Assembly (NCBI GenBank): GCA_013239625.1
Contig: MU054187.1
Coordinates: 6,955,757-7,019,756, forward strand
Direction of reading: 5' to 3'
Origin: Lama guanicoe
Lineage: Eukaryota
Length of the DNA: 64,000 nucleotides
Shown here piece by piece: positions 1 to 13,113 of the stretch (position 1 is the first letter of the stretch; every line of letters begins with the position of its first letter). Made by a program: the position numbers and the translations under genes. The notes beneath the pieces were generated by a model. The model was not told the origin of the DNA, did no database searches, and was given only the letters and a program-made list of their open reading frames with translations.

Positions 1-229
1 CGGCTAAACCAGAGGTAGGTGGGATTAGAGCCCATGGAAGCAGCCCCTCTCAGTCCTGGAGACCAGGAACAGCTGAAGAAGTGATCCTTAATCTGAGGCT
101 CCAAGGATGAAGATGAGGAGGTTTCCAGAGCAAAGTGTGGGCAGGAGAGACACAGTATTCCAGACAGAAGGAGGAAGGTGATCCAACAAAGGCCCAGGGC
201 AGAAGCAGGCAGAGCAGTTCATGGGATAG

Positions 230-515
230 GGTTCATGTGGGCAAATGGAAGGGATGAAAAATGAGGGAGGAGAGGTGAGTGGGTAACAGTGGAGAAGGAA
301 GAAGTTTGATTTTTGTCCTGAAGTTCTAGGACAGCCACTGAAGATCTTTGGGCAGGAACATGGCTTCAGTTCAGAGTCCAAGGCAGGGTAAGCCTGGAGA
401 CAAGGGGGAGCTGACACAGTGAGAGGAAGCGCAGTTGGCAGCTGGATAGAGGGCAGTGCAGGAGGACGGGAGAAGGTTGGATTTGAGGCATATTAAGAAG
501 TTAGAATTGGCAGAA
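230..515 (-). mobile_element. Ancient L2 LINE fragment
   Basis: Purine-rich decayed sequence resembling the L2 antisense strand (gacagccactgaagatctttgggcagg...ggatttgaggcatattaagaagttagaattggcaga). Recognised by eye, boundaries approximate. Confidence 0.6.
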
Positions 516-619
516 GGTGATGCTGCCGTATATAATTAGGCATATTTGCCTTCCACTTTCTACACGAAGGACCCAGGAAGCCTAACTCCTACGTGCTCCT
601 CCTCTGGTCCAGTTGTCTC

Positions 620-1075
620 AGGTGATGGACACCACTGATGACCCAGTGCTTCCTGTGTCACCAAGGTCCTGGTCCAAACTCTGGTTGGACACAAATCCCT
701 TGGCTCACTCCTCTTGCCTCCCCTCGTCCAGCTCTCTCTCCCCGCTAAGCCCTCTGCACAGCCGTATTAAGCTCTGGGGGTCATTTCTGTCCCATCACTC
801 CTGCTCTGTCCTCTGACTGCTCCCCACCTCCTTTCCCCAGCTAACACCCAAGAAGTCCAAGAAGATTCAGCCTGCGTCTTGCCCCTTCTTGGACACCTAA
901 ACTGCTATCTCTGATTCCCAACCCTGCCAGGTCTCATCCCACCATATACTAATTTGTGAACCACGTGATAGTCTCTCCTGCTGGGTAGTGAACTCCTTGA
1001 AGGCAGCAACCATCCCTCACATGCCTGGTCCCATCAGCAGAGCATCTGGCAAAGAATAGATGGGAAATGCGTGTG
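620..1075 (+). mobile_element. Ancient L2 LINE 3' fragment
   Basis: Pyrimidine-rich body followed by an L2-type 3' end (gtgaactccttgaaggcag...cagagcatctggcaaagaatagatgggaaatg). Confidence 0.55.
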
Positions 1076-2074
1076 ATGTGGCCGAAGGGCTGGGAGCACT
1101 GCATCCGAACGTTCCACTTCTTTTTCTGAAAACTCCCACCCAAAGAAGAAAGCTCTGAGCGGAGGAAGCCTTTGTTCTGCTGTAAGAGTTGGGAAAGCTT
1201 GAATAATTCTTTCTTATCTGCTCTAGGAAAGAGTTTGGTTTTTATCCTGGTTGATCTGGAAAGTGAGTTAATGAGCATTAGGGGCAAACATCTCCCAACT
1301 AGACTTTGAACAACTAGTTCGTAGCTCCAGGATCCGTAGGTTATTGTGGGTCTTTGTCTTTGTTTGTGAAAGACCAATAAAACAGTGCTTTGTAAGGGCT
1401 CTTTCAGAAAAATAAAAAAACTCCTTTTTTTTCCATGTTTAACTCTGTCTTCAGATAAGATTCAGCTGACGTCTCCTCTCAGCGGAGAATTCTTTGAAGT
1501 CAGGGGAGCTCCCCAGCTGGGTGACCTGGGCAGAAACATGCTCTGACTGATCATGATATGAATTTGAAGGGAACAATTAAGGAGTTATTTCCATTTTGAT
1601 TCTAATAGGAAGCCTTTTTATTTGTGTGCCTTTCAACCTGTCTCCATTTCTTCTGAAGCTTCAGTGGTGCCTCATGTCAGAGCTGTTAAAAGGACTTTGA
1701 AAGGGAATGTGTGAAATCATAAATGCTCCCGAAATAAGAAAATGTTTCTCAGTCCGTTACATTCCTAACCCCTAGTTTCTGCCTCACAGAATTTGTGAAA
1801 GGTCAGTAAGAGTGTTTTAGCACTAGATGCTTTAGACTTCCAGGAGAACGTCTTATTTCTGTCCTACATATCCATTGTTAATAAGTGACTGGTTTGGTAT
1901 TTTCTGAGTTTATATTTTGAGTAAAAACAAAACCTCACCTTCAGAAAGAATTAAGCACAAATTATATCGAAACCGAAATGTTAAAACCTCAAGTTAAAGA
2001 GACTGTATGTGAATGTTTGTAATTTGGGGTGACTTTCTCAACTAGACTAATGAATAACGTAACATCTTCATAAT

Positions 2075-2255
2075 GGCTTGCAATTTACGAGGAAAATTTC
2101 CATAAGCTTTCCTCATTTCTCATCATAATGATTCAGTGATGTAGTAGTAATATCCTTCCCTTCTGTACATAAGGAGTCCGAAGGCTTATAAGGTTAGATG
2201 ACTTAAGGAACCTGCTAAACTATGAATGAGCTGTGCTATGGACCTAGGTCTACGA
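2075..2255 (-). mobile_element. MIR SINE
   Basis: Antisense MIR core-like segment (cttcccttctgtacataaggagtccgaaggcttataaggttagatgactt). Confidence 0.55.
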
Positions 2256-3814
2256 TCAGCAACCTCTGGTCTGGCGATTCGGTATGCTACGGTGTTTCTG
2301 TTTTTGTTTTTGATTATTCATTTCTTTATGAAAAGATTTTCTGGCACAATTTGCAAGATGGATTATGAAAAATCACATGCTAATACTCTTAAAAATGTTT
2401 TCAGGTTTCCCATTACACTAGTCTAGTAATGTGTCATCGTACTGGCAACTTTTCCCCTAAGAAATTAATCTTTTTATTGTACAAAAAAGCTGAAGTTATC
2501 CATCTCTAAAGGATAGTCCCTTCAAGTACTCGTCGGCATTTTTGAATTCGTGGTTCGTTTCACCTTTTTATGACTCTAGAAATTAAATGATTCTTGGCTG
2601 TACATCAAAAGATTATCATGTAGTTATTATTTATTTTTATAGCTCAGGTGAATCTGGTACTAGCTCATTACAGTGCATGTCCCACTGGCCAAATGAATGC
2701 AATCTGGAAATATGACACGCATTTTAATTAATACTAAGGCAGTAATTCTGCATGCTGCATAGGTGTCCCAGGGGCCACTTAAGTGAGGTTTAATACCATT
2801 TAAGAAATACCGCGATGCCCTATGGAAATCGTGTGACAGTCACATTTATCTGGTCTTTTCCTGAAGGCAGGTGTAAACAGCCACTTTGGCAGAGGACTTG
2901 CTAAGCATTAACCTGATGTATTATTTTTCTTAGTCATGCATATTATCATCATCAGTGAAAATAAACAACATGAATGTTTCTCCCGTTTTTAGAGTGATAG
3001 GCATTCTGAAGTATTAATAGAGACATAAATGGACATCATTAAATGCTTTACATATGGCTTTGGGCTCAAGTATCATTATTTGAAAGCATTTAGAATGAGT
3101 AACTAAAAGCCATAGAAAATTTCCAAATCTCGCTTTAGAGAATAATTACAGTTATCCATCACCAAACTGTTGGCAAGTAAAAGCATTGCCTCAGTGGATT
3201 TGTATCCTGTTTTATGACTCTAGCTCTTCCTTAGGTGTAAGGTCTATGAGCCATTAAGTGGATTTAAAATGAATCTTCCGGCCCTGTGACTTCAAGAATC
3301 GATGTAAAAAAGAGCATTGGTACAATATGGAGAACTAGCCCAAATATTTGGAATTTATATGTACCAGGCCATGTGAAGATGATCACCCAGTGCTGATAAT
3401 ATTCCAAAAGGTATCTTGTACATTCTCAGTGGTATTTGTAATAGACGTTTAAGTTCTACTCTATGCCACCTGCTGAATGAGGCTATATTAGTTCCCCCCT
3501 CAACCAGTAGAATCTGACATCCACAGAGGTTTATTGTACTTTCTACTGATACATAATTTTTCTCTCTACAGTCACCCCCCATTTCTACCACTTACAGTGG
3601 TAGAATATAATTACAGTAAACACTAATTTGTTTGCAAACTAAGTCTAGTTTCAGTAAACTTGGCCTGATTATTTACATAAATGTAGCAAGAATAATGATT
3701 GATCATATAGGCTCTTTTAAATCTCCTTTGCTGGAACTTTTCATACAGAATCTTAGATTGCATTTTTAAAAACCTTGAAGCTGGGAAGCCAAGTAAAGCA
3801 GTAACTTCTACAAA

Positions 3815-6800
3815 TGACAAAAAGATTTAAAAATGGCCATGGTTAAAGGTCTGATGAGAGTTCATTATAATGCTATTGACAAGGAAACCTGGGTATTTCT
3901 GTAACGTGACATTTTAAGATAATGACTAAAATTACCAGTGATAACATTATACCAGGAAATATCATATTTGTGGGACTGTTACACAATTTCTGGAGCATTA
4001 ACATGCAGCTACACAAATACACCATAAAGAAGGCGCCTTATTATCTCTTATTTGACAATTCCTCCCATGTAGTTTAACGTATCAAATAAGTCTCATTAGT
4101 TTAGCATCTCTCTTTTATCAGGAGAGAGAACAAATCTTCTGACATATTCCAGGCACCTTCTGGAAAAAAATCCAAAGTTATTTCAAGGTTAAAAAGGTAA
4201 TTCTTCCTTTAGAATTTGATTTGGGGAAGTTTATAAAAAATATCAAAGGGTTTGGACACTTGCCTAAATAGGATCTTAGGTGATCATGAAGCAATACTTA
4301 CCTATTTAACCAAAGTGGTAAGAGATTTTAAAGGTAAATACAGGAGGTTACATAGTTGTGAGCAAAAATTAGCTCTTTTAATATTGAGAAGACAGTTTTT
4401 TTTTAAAGTAATCAAAGACCTGATAAAGACAATATGAAGCACAGGAAATTATTTTGGTAAGACATAAAATCCATGCTTCCGAGGCAGATTACTTAAAAGA
4501 TGAAGAAAGCCCTTCATATTTGCTTATCAGGAGTCGACTAATAGTCCATAAAACTTTTCCCTTTTAGCAGATGAAATAAAACTAAGTTCTAGTTTTACAT
4601 AAGTACCCTATTGCTGTTAAGGTTTATCTAAAAAATCCTTATAACAACAATTCAGTTTTAGCTGTCTTGATTACACAGGGTAAAACTCTCTTCTCTTTCT
4701 CTTTCTTCTTCTCCTCTCTCGCTTCCTAACTTTCTATTTCATTTTGTTCTTTATTCTCCTTCCCATTCTGAAACAACCAGTTTTACTTTAGGACAAATTT
4801 ACTTTCTCTTCCCTTAACAAACATGCCTCCTCATATCTCATACATATTCTCAGTCAAAAACACATTCTGCTTTTCTTGCATACAGAGTTGTTTTACTTGT
4901 TATTTCTAGTAGTTTTAATTGCATATATTAATTAGAATTCTTAACCCTTAAAAACTTTACTTTCTAATGAAAAACTAAGAAGCAAGCAAGTGTGAACTGT
5001 CTATTACACTAGCAAATTTATTGAGATTGGCTAAGGTATGAATGTATTTCATAATTTCTCAAAGCATATGTTTCCTCACTGTATAATTTTTTCAGTGTGG
5101 CATAAATTATGTTTACCAGTAGACCCAAATACCTTAAGTTCCTCTATTATAAGAAGCCAAAATAGATAAACCTATGTTCAGTAATTAATGCTGAATATTT
5201 TATTTTATTTGGAAGTGATCTAGTTATTCAATGAATTTCCCATTATTTAACTTAACTTAGCAAAACTCTAAAGTTTCAAGTGACTGAAGAGATTTGAGAA
5301 ACCTATTTTTGAGTGATCATACTGTAAAGTATATAATTATTGCTGAAAAATTTACCCCCAAAATCTTATCCCATTTACATTTGTCTGAATCACTTGCTCC
5401 CAACAACTATGTATAGACTACTCACAAAATTTTATAAGTCGTTAGACAAAGTGAGATATTGTACCATGCTATTTTTCTTGCTGACAAATTTTGTACTAGA
5501 GATAATGTGAACTTATGACTAGTAAACCCGGGTACCATAAAAAATTGTATATCTAATTAAGTTTTACTTTGTAGACATGACTATGTTAATTAAAACAACA
5601 AACTTAAACTAGCCTTTATTTATTAAAATTAATCTCAGATTATTTAACTTGAAAAACATTTAGGTTAGTTTCTATACTTCTGAGAGTTTCGAAATAACCA
5701 GTCTATAAAGTGCTTGTCCTTTAAACTAATCAAACAGAGCTGTTTTACAAATTAAGTTTGGCAATACCATCCAAAGGTAAAAAGTATCGCACATTTACAA
5801 CGTACGTATATACAAACACAAAAACAAACATATAGACGGAAACAGAGACCTTATAAGTTCCATTCTAAAATTTTAGACATGAGTCAGGTATAATAATACA
5901 AAATTCACTAGTTTATAAAAGAATGGTTGGGGATCCAAAGTATGTTTCTGAAGTTGGAAAAGGTTAAGTTTACCTACTCAGATACTTAGAGCTTTTTTTA
6001 TTAACATTTGTGGAGAAGACTTTTAAGATTCTTTATTCGTCCAATTTCCAAATAGCTCCTTTATTTCCCTTCTGATGAGAATCATTTCCCTACATTTTGC
6101 ATTTCAAAGAAAGGCTCTTAAGTCCTAGAGAAGACAAGGTAGAACATTTCCATTTCAAAGGCACAGAAGAAATGTCCAGTCTTTCTCCAAGAAGTGGGGC
6201 GTATTTGCCTATTATCAGAGGTCTAGGGTAATTATTAAATTTGTCCTTCTTTTTCTTACATATAGGACAATTCTATTTCCATTGCCCTGATCTTTTACAA
6301 GCATTTTTAGATGAGTAGGAGAGGTTTGAGATTGGTGAGGATACGTGGACTTTGAATTGCTTCTAGCTGCATTTCTGGTTTTGGAGAGATTCACAAGACA
6401 AAGACAGTAGTGTCCAGTTCCCCAAAGAACAGGATAGCAGCCTGAATGATCAAGAGGCTTACCTACCCATCCAACTACGTTTTCAATTTGCTTCTTTGTA
6501 TCAGGGAGATTTCCAACTAAAATGGAAATAAAGAGTCCTGTGTTCCAGAGCTTCAGGGTTTAATGCATTATGCTTTAAAAGTTCTGTATAAAGTATGTAA
6601 CAAAAGCCTTCAGATGCTTTCCTTTTTTCCTGAGTTTATAATTCAACCTTGAAACAAATTTCCTTATGGGAAAAAACCTGTGCTATTGTTTCTATCAGCC
6701 ACTGAACATTAGCCTTCAGTTAATCCACTTTCTGCTCATTTTTAGGAAGACCTGGGAGAAATTCTGGTCATTTGCTTTCCCTGTGAAGGAGGTTTTCTGC

Positions 6801-7895
6801 AGGGAGCCCTCTGGCTTGTCTGATAACTACAATGTAATCAATATAATTGTGAGTAGGAAGAACACTGCTTAATAGCCAGTCCAGGTCCCTGTGAGCAGGG
6901 ACTGAATGGCCACTGGTCTTTCTAACTCTCCTCTAAGCTTAATAGGCTCTTCTGAAAGTGGAAGGAAAAAAAGGCTTTGTGATTTTGTCTTGTTACAGGA
7001 GCTCCCAAGGCTGACCGACACACTCCTCATGTCTTCTTTTCAATTTGATCATTCTCTTGGTATTCATTAGATGGTTGTTTAGGTTGAGAGCTCTCTAAAG
7101 TTTGGTCTTTCAAATATAAAAGTGTTTCCAATTCAGAGGATCCATCTGACCATTGACAACTAGGATTGTCATTTCAGTAGTGACTCAAATCAGTAAGCCT
7201 TTTTATGGCTTAACTATGGATGCAAAGGCATTCCAAAAAAGAGTGCAGAAGAAAATGTCCTCACAAGATCCAGAAAGTTCACTCCAAAGTTAGCCTAAGA
7301 GACGAAACCTTCTTTGCCATGGAGGATGAGAACGGTGTAGTGGACATGGTGTTCTGGTATCCCACAAAAATGCAAGATGCCTCCAGTCACAGACCTGCTC
7401 ATCTGTGTCACCGGCCAGGCAGTCCTGGAATGGGACCATTCCAGCACTAATGAGGCAATGAAGGTTGAGATGACTAAAGCCCTTTTTGGACCAGGACTCT
7501 TTATGACACACTCCCTTGAGAGCTGGTATGGCAGGACAAAGAAAATGCTGCTCAAGGATTCACAGCCTGCTCAGCTGTCTGCCGGATGCATGCCAGCCCT
7601 TGCATCCTTCAGCTGGGAGAGATCAGAAAGAATGTTCTCTCTGGTCACAAAGCTAAGCTCTCAAGACATAGAGCAAGACAAAAGGAAACCCTTGTGAGAC
7701 CTGTGGTTCTCCTCCTTATGGATGACACAAAAGACAGAGACAAAAGGAAACAATGACCATCTCTGGATCAATAGAAACCAGAATACTTACAACAAACATC
7801 TTTACCAAAGTCACTTTACCCAAGGTACTAATTCTCATAAATATTTTTTCCTGCTAATCTAATTTGGAAAGAAAGAGACAAGGTGAAATTTTAAC
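3815..7895 (-). mobile_element. Decayed ERV1 internal region (MER4-group, MER34-int-like), no intact ORFs
   Basis: AT-rich internal sequence with MER4-group-like passages (tgacaaggaaacctgggtatttctg, atgtttaccagtagacccaaat, tttgcatttcaaagaaaggctctt). A degenerate gag-matrix-like peptide QWSDGSSELETLLYLK lies on the minus strand near 7110-7160. Directly abuts the MER34-like LTR. Confidence 0.75.
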
Positions 7896-8281
7896 CTTCC
7901 TCCCTGAAAGGACCTGAGCCACGTCCTTAAGTAACATCTGCAGTGAAGACAAAAGAAGATGTTAGTTGGGGAAAGGGAGGATTCCAGCGACGAGAGGTTA
8001 CCCAGAAACGCACAGTACATAATAGTAAGATTGTTACTCATATTTAAGTCATTGCCTTCTCCATCGATAAGAGTTGACAGGAATTTCCTTCTCTTCCTGA
8101 TACTGAGAAGGAGACATCAAATGGAGATTTCCCTTATAAATGAAAATGCCTCTAGCAAAAGGGTAATTTCTGCTCACTGTTCAGAACTTCTCTTGTGTCT
8201 ATTTCTTAAAAATAACCAGCTCAAAATAATCAATAAACCAAAGAGGCATATTTTGGGGTGGCATATTTTGCTCACCTTTAC
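7896..8281 (-). mobile_element. MER34/MER39-like ERV1 LTR (5' LTR, its 3' part apparently missing)
   Basis: The minus strand begins aaaggtgagcaaAATATGCCACCCCAAAATATGCCTCTTTGGtttattGATTATTTTGAGCTG, the characteristic start of MER34-family LTRs. Confidence 0.8.
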
Positions 8282-10317
8282 TACCCATCAAAGTAATTAC
8301 ATTTTAATTTATCTAGACATTGCAGCATGCATTTTAGTGCTATTCCGTTACCCTTGGAACTGCCATTGGCTACAGCAAGGTTTCTGTGTTGTTTAATTTA
8401 GAATCACAGGACATACAGACAGTTCACTTGTTGACTGTTAATCTGAAACTTTTAAAGACAAAATATAAAAGTGGCAGTTGGAACTTTGAAATGCTTGTGT
8501 TCGTCTGTTAATTCAACAGGCATTGTTTTTCAGGTACTATGACAGACCTTGTCTCTTACTTAAAGTACGTAATTTGTTTCCAAATATGTCTGTGATTTTA
8601 ATTTTATGACAAAAAGAAGATGATATGAAACCCTGTTCTGTGGGTTTCTGGGTTTGGATGGCATGTTAACAGTAATGGAAAGTCTAAATGAGATTAACCC
8701 TACAAATAATAGAACTTTGTAAGTTAATCTAATCAAATCCCTGCTTTATTGACTAAGAAGCAAAAGAGGTCATGGAGCCATCCAGGCCCTCCTTCCAGTG
8801 AGGCAGAGCCTCAAAGACAATTTTCTTGACTACAGTGTATTAACTCTCAAAAAATTACCTCTGCTCAAGTACAGTTCAATAAAATACCTTTAACCTTTAC
8901 CCAGAGCTTTTTACATTTTCTAAAGAAGAGTCTAACTTGATGCCTTTTTATATAAAGATCTACAAGAAAAAATTCTTTCTGAAGTTTAGAACCGGGGAAC
9001 AAAACACAACAAAAACAAGAAACGACTTCTGCTGTCAAGAATTGGTGGGCCTCCCTTCAGCAGAGATGACCTGTGAGGTCTGTCATGTTTCCTTTTCCAC
9101 TTGGTGCCCAGGACCCCAGGTTAGGGGAAAGTTCTCCCTTTTTACTCTGTCTTGTTCACTGATTTCCTATTTAACCCTTTCATGTTTTTTTCTTTCTTTT
9201 GTATGCACGTTTTTATTGCAAGTCACTCCACAAATCCCTTTTAAAAGCTATTAAACTATACATTATTTAGAAATAAATGCTTAGAGACAAAGTCAAGATG
9301 ACGATGTAGGTCTTTCAACTGTCAATCCAGATTTGAATCCGTTCTGTCAGTATTGGGAAACCATTCATATCTCTGGCTTTTTTTTTCCCAGTGGAGAAAA
9401 AATAGTTGTTTTCAATATTTGGGCAAAAGGAGGATACGAAGCCAAAGAGGTGTCTGCCTCTCTCCCTCCCTCCAAAGCTGTGGCTGGAATTTTAAAATTT
9501 CACTCTTCACAACCTCTCAACTCTCAAGCAAAAAGAAAGAAAAAGAAAAGAAAAGAGAGGAAGAAAATAGAAACATTTTCTTTTTGTTTGCTTTGGAAAA
9601 TTGGAAATATTTTATTGGTACTTCGTTAGAACTATTCACCATCTTACATAAATGTCTATATATTCATAATAAAGTTTGGGACATATTTAGGTTTTCTTTT
9701 GAATACAGATTATATCAACAAAGACCAATGCAGTAGAAACCTTTTAAATCAAGCTTTTCCTTTAACAAAAGTGCTGGGTTTTTTGCTGCCTGAATCCACT
9801 AATGCATTTTGACTCTCACCTGGTCACACACTGCTGGCCACAGGGGAAGCCTGAGACTTGGACATAAAGGAACTCCTAGAGCTCTTGATGTTTCCCTTCT
9901 GGTGACACTGAATGACAGGGCTGCTCTTTCACTGATGTGTTGAATATAAGAGGGTTATCACAGCCGCCACAGCCAGCATGGTACAGCTGCCTGTGCTCTC
10001 TATACTGCGTTCTGAAAAGAATATATTAATAATGTCAAAAGCTGGGCTAGGCCATCAGTCACAGACAGAGCTGCCCTTGAGAGGTTAAGATTTGCTTTCT
10101 TAGAATCCGGTGGGAGTCATGGTAGATCTTAGAAAGATGGAGCAAGGCATACTTTAATATAACTACTGATGTTCCAATAACAGACGTTTGGAGGAAAAAC
10201 TGAGAGTATACTTATAGGAAGCAAATCTGTGAAGAAAAACTTAGTGAAAAATACAAGCATAGAATGTTATTTTCGATTTCTAGCTGTTACATATTGTATT
10301 TCCTTTATCATTCTTGA

Positions 10318-10593
10318 TGTGATACACGTATATATTGCAGTGTGGTTACCACCATAGCATTACCTAACAACTACATCATGTCAAGTAATTATCATTTCTC
10401 TTTTGTGGTGAGAACATTTAAGACCTAGTGTCTTAGCAACCTGCAAGTCTATAGTACAGTATGGGTAACTCTAGTCATAATGCTGCACAGTAGATTCACA
10501 GAATTTATTCATCTTCCAACAGCAAGTTTGTACCCTTTGACTAATGTCTCAATTTTCCCACCCTTTCAGCCCCTAGTAACCACCATCCTACTT
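10318..10593 (-). mobile_element. L1 3' UTR fragment (L1MA9-like)
   Basis: tttgtggtgagaacatttaaga...caagtttgtaccctttgactaa...cccctagtaaccaccatcctact is typical of L1MA8-10 3' ends. Confidence 0.8.
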
Positions 10594-11699
10594 TAATAGA
10601 GAATGGTGCATTATATTTTTCTCTTCTCTGTACTTTGCTTTTCTTCTGAGTTGGCAGTGGGAAGGGGTGAACTGCAGGATCTAATAAGGACACAGTTCTA
10701 ATTGCTATATATATATTTTTTAATCCTGCCACTCAGTATGCTTTTATGTGTTGACTGAAGTCAGTTTACTGGTTTGCTAAACAGGTAGTAAGCCACTGTT
10801 AAAACTAAAAAGATTGGAACTGTGTAGTGTACCATATTAGGCAGTAAAATATGAAATTTCAATGATTTTTAAACCTTACTCAGCTCTGAAACTGACTCTT
10901 AAAGTAACTTACATTCAAATGATCTTGGATGTAATCACATGTACATTCCAAAGGCATTAACAGTAGATATATACAGAATAAGTGAGTGAGCTGTGTGAGG
11001 TGATAATTCAGTTCTGCTATTTTGAAGAGCTAAAGTTAATCCTCGTAGCTTTAAAAGGTCAGGAAATGGCAAGACCTGGCTACTGCTGAGTCTGCTGGAA
11101 GCTTCTACTTTGATGTTCCTGGAGCTCGGTCTTCATGCCACCAGAAGGGTACATCCAAGTCATGTTCTGCTACTTTAGCAGATCACTGCAGAATCATCCG
11201 GGCCATGGTGGACTGTAAGACTTAGACTGAGTTCTTCACGAATCAGAGAAACATCAGGGTATAATGACTCAGTGCCCCTTTGCACAGTAGTTGTAATGGG
11301 CACAATGACTACATAGTAGTCTTACTGCAGGAACAAATGACTGACACCACATCCTCAGCTTACGTTTCATTTATTACGGTCACCCTAAAAAAGCCAATGA
11401 CGAGTGATAGTCAGGAGAACTGAGGATATTTAGAGAAGTGAATGAGTGGATGACAGCATCCAATCCTGAAGAACCAGTGCAAATGTCTGCCATGAACAGA
11501 TATAGTTACAAGTGATGCTCCCCAGGACAAGTTCTATGTTAGTTCTGGAGAGCAGAGTAGTAATGAAGGATTTTGATGTGAAGACTTCTACTGTAAATTC
11601 AGTTCACTAAAAGCAGAGTACTTGGCATAATGTAAAATTGCATTTCTATGGAAGAAGATAGGAGCTTTTGTTGAATTAATTCTCTCCAAAGAGGAAAAT

Positions 11700-12050
11700 G
11701 TTTGGTGCCTTAAAATCTTGTGGGAACCTCAGGAGCCCATCATGCTATTGGAGTCATGATGGAGAGAAAAAGGAATGTTGGATACCTCCAGATACAAACC
11801 TTACTTTTTCTTAAAAAAAAAAAAAAAGATGTCAAAAAAGTTTAGAAAAAGAGATTCATTCCAACGTTCAAAGAGAGAGATTATCTGGGAATGGTAAGAG
11901 ACTTTCAAAATGCAAATCCTGACTCTACAGTTACAAGTGATTCTAATGAAGATCGAAAACTAAAACTCTCTGTGCGACTATAACTAGACCCCTATTAAAT
12001 CAACCTTTTGAAAGGAGATGCACATAAAAAGATCAAAGGAAAGGTGCTTA
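11700..12050 (+). mobile_element. L3/CR1 LINE fragment (decayed ORF2)
   Basis: gagtcatgatggagagaaaaaggaatg...agactttcaaaatgcaaatcctgactctacagttacaagtgattctaatgaag resembles mammalian L3 ORF2. An A-run interrupts it near 11813-11827. Confidence 0.5.
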
Positions 12051-13015
12051 AAACTAAATAAAGGTTCTGGGGAAAAAAAGGGGAATAAACATGTTAATGT
12101 AATGCCAGACAGTCAGATCCTACAGTGGTTTTGAAAAATGTTCAAGTTTTGAAGAAGTATTCTTGCAAAGCTGTTTGGAACAAGAATAACAGGAAAGGTG
12201 TGACAGGTCTGTGTCTGGGTCGATGAATATGAGGCTACAGAATGAATGAGAAAGCAAGAACCACTTACTCTTTATTTCTTCCATATTGTCCAAGTAAGAG
12301 AATGAACTTTAAATTGGAAGAGACTCTTTGTCATTCACATAGGGAATCAGATGGTGAGAAAGCATTTGGTTGTTTAAGTCAGATCTCAAGTGGAAGAATT
12401 GTTAGGTCTCAAAAGAGTTTAAGCGTACGATTTTAGAGTCACTGTCAGACTTTTTATTTTTATTTTTTTATTTTTTAATTTTTTTTTAGAAATCTTTGTC
12501 TACAAACATACTAGGCTGTCAGAAATAGGCGATTTTGATTCTAATTTCCAAAACTGAAGAAAAGATAAATTCAAGCAACTGTAGGTTATTATACTATTAA
12601 TCTCCAGCACAGGGCTAATACACAGGGAACAGAAGATGACTACTTTTAAAAGAATGTAGTCATCACTAGGACACCTCCTGGTTCACTAAGACCAAGTCAT
12701 CTAAGTTAAACTCTTTTTCCCTCTTTTGTAAGGCTGCTAATCCCAGGAAGCACACTTATCATGTTTGAAGATGACATGGTCTTTTAGTCATTGTAGATAA
12801 ATTTAGTGACATTATTAAAGTTGAAAATATTTCTGTTGGCATGCATGATGAAGAGAAACAGATAAGATGATATATTATATATATAAATCAACCCCCCAAG
12901 CACAAAATGGGGGAATATATATGTAATAATATTAATGTACAAATAGCCAGAGATTTCAGTTGTTCACAGTTTGTATGGGAACCGTACAAACTCAATTCAT
13001 ACAGTTCATTTTCCT

Positions 13016-13113
13016 GAAATGAATTCAGCAAAGTTAAAGCCTAGGTTTGGGCAAAACCCTAACCAGACAGAAAAGATTAGAGCTGGATGTGGATATTAGG
13101 GAAGAGAGTGTCT
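13016..13113 (+). repeat. Direct repeat copy 1 (~98 bp; copy 2 at 13830-13928)
   Basis: Directly alignable to copy 2. The first 61 nt differ by 2 substitutions and 1 indel, the last 37 nt by 10 substitutions. Confidence 0.95.

Noticed and set aside
3815..8281. Domesticated env (ERVMER34-1/HEMO- or syncytin-like) gene
   Set aside because: There is no long ORF on the element (minus) strand and no env-like sequence. The element appears truncated before that region.
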